DNA from: Eledone cirrhosa
Taxonomy: Eukaryota
Length of the DNA: 64,000 nt
Assembly (NCBI GenBank): GCA_964016885.1
Contig: OZ024740.1
Span: 55,242,001-55,306,000 of the forward strand
Reading direction: 5' to 3'
Below are positions 60,835 to 64,000 of the stretch, one piece after another. The translations under genes were made by a program, and so were the position numbers. Under the pieces are notes generated by a model. The model worked only from the letters and a program-made list of their open reading frames with translations, made no database searches and was not told the origin of the DNA. Numbering within the stretch: the stretch's first letter is position 1; every line of letters begins with the position of its first letter.

Positions 60835-61009
60835 ATATATATATTATTGTCCCCTTCATGCATGCATGGTCCTGTAACTACTGAGGGAGTCAGAGGGGCG
60901 CCGTATTGATATAAGGCGTTTCTAGGGCACATTTAAACCTGGCTGAACCCATCCCTCACCAGGTCTGAATAGAGCAGATATCTTCGAGAAAATTATACAG
61001 ATTGAGAGA

Positions 61010-61187
61010 ATGGAAGCGGGAAAGAGGTATGGAGGAAGAATCGACCCAGTATGAGATTGGTACTTTTTTCATCGATCTCGAATGAATGAAAGGCAAAGTT
61101 GACCTCGATGGGAGGTCAACTTTGTAGAGCGCTGAAACGAATACTGCATTCTATATGACGCTCTAACGACTCTGCCAATTCGCCGCT
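61010..61187 (-). mobile_element. Diverged SINE
   Basis: ggtactt..atcga..atgaaaggcaaagttgacctc...ctgccaattcgccgc. Confidence 0.7.
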
Positions 61188-61194
61188 AATGAGT

Positions 61195-61730
61195 GTCGTT
61201 CATAGAGTTCAGCAAAGAATTTATTTCGATAGACAGAGGTACGATGTGGGCCATAGTACATTACCATGGAGTACCAAATAAGATAAAGCCATGGGCGTTA
61301 TATTGTGATTCTAAGACGGTAGTGGAAGTTGATTCCAGCTTGTTCAATAATTAAATGAATTCTTTAAAATCAAACCCGGATTGCTCAAAAGAGACCCATT
61401 GGCTCAACTTCTTTTCATCATTGTAATGAAATATGTTTTGGAAAACTCATCTATATGCTTCTGCATAAACATAATTTATCCACTCCCTGACTTAGACTTT
61501 GCAAATGATATTAACCACTTGAAATCCACTTATCAGGAAGCATTACATACAATAGGTAAGAACAGCCCAATATCACGATTTGCTCTCTAACATCCAGAGA
61601 ATAGTAAAAACATACGAGGCTGCCCAAGAACAAGTTACCTCAAACATATAGATGACATTACGATTAAAAACGTTGATGGATTCAAACCATTCGCTTTAAA
61701 CCAGGAAGAGTGGAGGAAGAGTATAGTTGG
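61195..61730 (+). mobile_element. Decayed RTE-clade reverse transcriptase fragment
   Basis: FSKEFISIDR.TMW.I...GVP.K; DPLA.LLFIIVM.YVL; DLDFA(N)DI. Confidence 0.7.
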
Positions 61731-62447
61731 GTTGTATAACATACATACGCCAGTATAAGACGAAAGATACATACAAACAAACAACCCACTTCGGCATGTG
61801 AGATCAGCAAACCTTTTCAAGGGTATAGTATATACACACACACACATATATATATACACACATACATACTAGGTAGAGTTTATTTTAAGACAGTGTTGGT
61901 GTTGTTGTTAGAGTTGCAAATGACGGTTTGAGAGGAAACTAATAAAAATCAATTAATTTATTCATAGAAATATGCATAAAGCTGCGATCCGTTGTGGTTT
62001 TTAAATAAACAGTATTAATATTCTACACGGAAATTAAAAGTAATTTGTCCCAGCATGGGTTTCATTTGTAGGTCACGATATCCAAGCGATTCATTTTCAA
62101 GAATTTTAAACATGGTGTATTTGTAACAAGAATAACTTAATGGTGCTTCATTATTTTTAATTTGGTAGGGAAAGTGGTAAAGGATAATTGGCTGTTGTTT
62201 CTAACAGTTTGAGAGCAATACCGTAGAAACAATTTCATTTTATTTCTGGTAGACGACAAGACTGGACGTAATATATGATTATATTATGTTAATATTTTCA
62301 CTCAGTGGACAAGAGCCATACTAGGGCAAAACATTGACACCCTAAAAGCATATATGGACACAAGTACTCACCGTTTGTCGAACCACTATATTGTTTCAGC
62401 ACAATGACACAGACGGAGATACATACAGACACACACACACACACACA

Positions 62448-62606
<159 letters not shown>

Positions 62607-63064
62607 GTACAACAACGACAACAGCAACAGCTGCAGCAACAACAACAGCAGCATCAATGCCTGATAGAGAACTAAAATAGATATAATATTACTGGCTGAG
62701 TTTTATTCTGTTCTTGTGTGTCTAGGCATTTACTAATGAGGTTTCATGGATGGGTGCTGCTACTCAATCATTTCTTGTAAATTGTAACAAATCTGACATG
62801 GTTAGAGCACTAATAAAGAGACCTTTGATGAAGTAATATACGAGTAATTCTTTTAGACAACTGTAATGAAAGATGGTGACGAGCCATATTATCTGTTAGC
62901 AACGGCAACAACAACAATAACAACAATAATCACGGCAAAATCTTCGACACTGGTGCAGGTGTATACATACAAATGTGTACATAGAGAAACACTTGTACAC
63001 TCTTCTACACACTTCTACACAAACCCATATATATATATGTGCGTACATATTTATATGAAATCTA

Positions 63065-63121
<57 letters not shown>

Positions 63122-63172
63122 CATATATGTATGTATGTATGTATCTATTGATTCACCGACACACATACATAC

Positions 63173-63230
<58 letters not shown>

Positions 63231-64000
63231 TCACACACATTAATATTTTAGTGTGAACATTTATCCATTCATTCCTGTACATATGAATTTATTTGTTTTT
63301 ATTGTATGAAATGCCATTCCCAAGAATGATATACTCACACAGACATACACATTTATATGAATATATTTATTTATATATATACATATATACATATATACAT
63401 ATACATACCCCAAAACACACATACGCATATGTATATATTTATATGTGTGTGTGTGTGTGTTTGTACATATACACATATATATATACAGAGAGAGAGTGGG
63501 GGCGAAGACAGAATGAGTAGGGGGCTAACATCGATGAAGTGTTGATTTATATTGACAATATAGCTTGGTCCCAAAGAGCACTTACCCATTAAATGAATAA
63601 GCCTGTTGGAATCGCGTGACAAACACGATCTGTTGGGATCAATGATATCAGTTAATATCGCAGCAAGTAATTCATCCTATTACCAGCAGGGATCAGTATT
63701 GTAACTGATGAAGGAGGAACTTGACATTTTCAATTCTCTTTCGTTCTTTGATAACTACAAATGGAACTGATTACAATTTCGTATCTACTTGGAAATATAT
63801 AAGGTTATGAATTAGTCCAACCATGTTTCGAATCAAACCTCCAATTTATGTTTGAAGAATCTAATTTAAGATGTGCTCGCTTCAGATAATAACCTTACTG
63901 TAGCCTACAATAATGAAATTAGAAGTGGTCAAGTATATTTTTCGCTATTGAGTTGACCAGTTTTAGTTAACAATGAGATTGATAAAATATTTTCCATTTC

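Noticed and set aside
62857-62958. Possible exon [12 protein letters not shown]...VQ
   Set aside because: No resemblance to AP-2 exon 3 or 4; low-complexity (ACA) content and a weak donor.

Overview
AT-rich eukaryotic DNA saturated with microsatellites ((TA)n, (GT)n, (GA)n, (AAT)n, (GAA)n). The SINE content and repeat style suggest a cephalopod (octopus-like) genome, which is an inference. The only convincing host coding sequence is a 483-nt phase 0/0 exon (37029-37511) of an AP-2 (TFAP2) transcription factor. A short candidate first exon lies at 34161-34196, and the DNA-binding exons are not in the window. Nearly all listed ORFs are microsatellite artefacts. The rest is mobile DNA: two tRNA-derived SINE types, fragments of CRE-like, HERO-like, RTE and CR1/L2 LINEs, a decayed Penelope-like RT/GIY-YIG remnant and a non-autonomous Helitron. 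The main unexplained structure is a dense set of short non-coding elements sitting in (TA)n tracts. They belong to at least 7 sequence families, most are fold-back (inverted-repeat) structures, and most carry a minimal type I hammerhead ribozyme (CUGANGA...GAAA...UH). Some ribozymes look intact and two show the compensatory U3-A8 core. Copies within a family share breakpoints, and several families share a 3' tail hairpin, consistent with Penelope pLTR-derived or retrozyme-like elements. There is also an apparently perfect 615-bp x 2.2 tandem insert in a TA tract, of unknown origin. All RNA structures were derived by eye and none was computed.
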